64,000 bases of DNA from Octopus sinensis (lineage: Eukaryota), in the NCBI RefSeq assembly GCF_006345805.1, contig NC_043003.1, positions 39,742,001 through 39,806,000 of the forward strand, given 5' to 3'. Below the pieces are notes generated by a model. The model had not been told where the DNA came from, did no database searches, and worked only from the letters and a program-made list of their open reading frames with translations. This document shows positions 62,489 through 64,000 of this stretch, piece after piece (within the stretch, counting starts at the first letter, position 1; each line of letters opens with the position of its first letter). Position numbers and translations under genes: made by a program.

Positions 62489-63956
62489 CTTTGTAAGCTC
62501 TCCAGTTTAATTGATGCCAGAAATGTTCCTCTGGAATCATTTCCTGTCAGTAACAGCAGAAAAAAACCTGAGGATGAACATTGAGAAGAGAAGACAGCGT
62601 ATAATGGTTAGTGAATGACCTAAGAGATTGGAACAACAGGGGTGATGAGAAATGAAACAGATGGGTCAAGAATGCCCGAGGGGAGATGATATTGGTCCAA
62701 CCATCTCTGAGAAGCAGAGTCTATTATAGTAGTGGTAGAAAAAGTAGAGAAAGGAAGCAGCACACTTGTGGGCCAGAGCCAGGAGCATGTGTGTAAGTGA
62801 ATTTGTGACAACACTGCTACTACATACACAAACCTTAACAATGGATTGATTTTGCCAACCGACATTCCCCAACACACTATATTTTTCTTTATTGCCTACT
62901 AGGGGCTAAACATAGAGGGGACAAACAAGGACAGACAAAAGGATTAAGTCGATTACATCGACCCCAGTGCGTAACTGGTACTCTATTTATCGACCCCGAA
63001 AGGATGAAAGGCAAAGTCAACCTCGGCGGGATTTGAACTCAGAACGTAATGGCAGATGAAATACCGCTAAGCATTTCACCCGGTGCGCAAACATTTTTGC
63101 TAGCTCGCCACCTTACCTCCCCAACACACTATAGCTATTAGGACATCAACATACAGTGCAGTCTCTATGTTTCTACATTGAGTCCTCTTAATCTCTTAAT
63201 TAATAAGTCGCCCATCATCTTATTTACTTACAACTTCTTTTACTCTCTGATTAATCCTCCAATCCTATACAAAACACTCCACCAAATCCTTCCTAAAGCT
63301 TAAATCCTCTGCCCCTCTTCCCATCCCAAACACATTTTCCCAACAGGCATTAAACCTGCCAAAATTCAAGCTGAATGTCAACAAAATTGATGCCAGCAGT
63401 CTTCAGAGATTTTGTAAAATTCATGGGCATTGCCCCTCGTCCAGTTATTAGATGGCTGTAATGATTTCTTTTAAGATCAAAGAAAGTTTATAAAGTTCAT
63501 TAACTCTATTATGGTATATATTATATTACTAATAATAATTTCATCAACCTCAGAGATTGTCAAATTCAGTAAAATCTTCCTTCTAGAAATGCCATCAGTC
63601 TTCAAACTGTATCAATCATTTTGCATCAAAAGCATCTTTAGATTAATCTGTAGATGGAAAATTTGAGGGAATTTCAGATGAAAAACACTGTGAAATAATT
63701 CCCTGTAGCTGTCTCTCACCTTGTAGGAGAACATAAACTTAGAACATCAAGCTAATGAAACCCTGGTTAAATATGTTGTTTACAACTACTTCAGCTATGA
63801 TACTAAGGCTACAAAAAGAAAACAAAAAACTCTAAAATAATACAAAACAACCTCATCATATTCTCCTACACGATAAATCTAATGATCCATGTATTTGCAC
63901 CTTATAGGATTTGAACTGAAAACTGTTCAGTTCCAGATCAGGTCTGAAGATGTCAA
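62489..63956 (-). other. Candidate exons of a convergent gene (63901-63956, 63356-63455, 62489-62567)
   Basis: Each has an AG acceptor, a GT donor and one open frame (DIFRPDLELNSFQFKSYK; HLITGRGAMPMNFTKSLKTAGINFVDIQLEFWQ; FFLLLLTGNDSRGTFLASIKLESLQ). Phases do not chain directly and no family was recognised. Confidence 0.25.
62882..63117 (-). mobile_element. Young full-length SINE family B with a 16-bp target-site duplication
   Basis: TCCCCAACACACTATA at 62866-62881 and 63118-63133; CpGs largely intact. Confidence 0.9.
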
Positions 63957-64000
63957 CTTAGAAAAGGGGGAAAAAAATTACTGAATAAATAAGAAAACAA

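Overview
AT-rich, microsatellite-dense animal genomic DNA. The SINE, LINE and MITE families and the (TATG)n/(TA)n load point to an octopus; that assignment is inference. One clear protein-coding gene lies on the + strand: an F-box/WD40 gene most similar to FBXW10/CDRT1. Its 9 coding exons (32756-60228) join in compatible splice phases into a 3447-nt CDS (1148 aa), and one exon (52672-52814) is absent from the ORF track. Everything else is decayed mobile DNA: an internally deleted Gypsy element, Tc1/mariner relics and MITEs, non-autonomous Helitrons, Penelope-like (PLE), R4/Dong-like, RTE and CR1 LINE fragments, and three tRNA-derived SINE families. The most notable unexplained structure is a nest of PLE-derived fold-backs at 27.8-31 kb. 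It carries minimal hammerhead-ribozyme motifs, two of them with a compensatory U3-A8 core. Also notable: a ~95% identical 229-bp hairpin in FBXW10 intron 7, and a shift from CpG-rich to CpG-depleted sequence near 32 kb. A few possible exons of a convergent gene lie at the right edge. All calls were made by eye; repeat boundaries are approximate.
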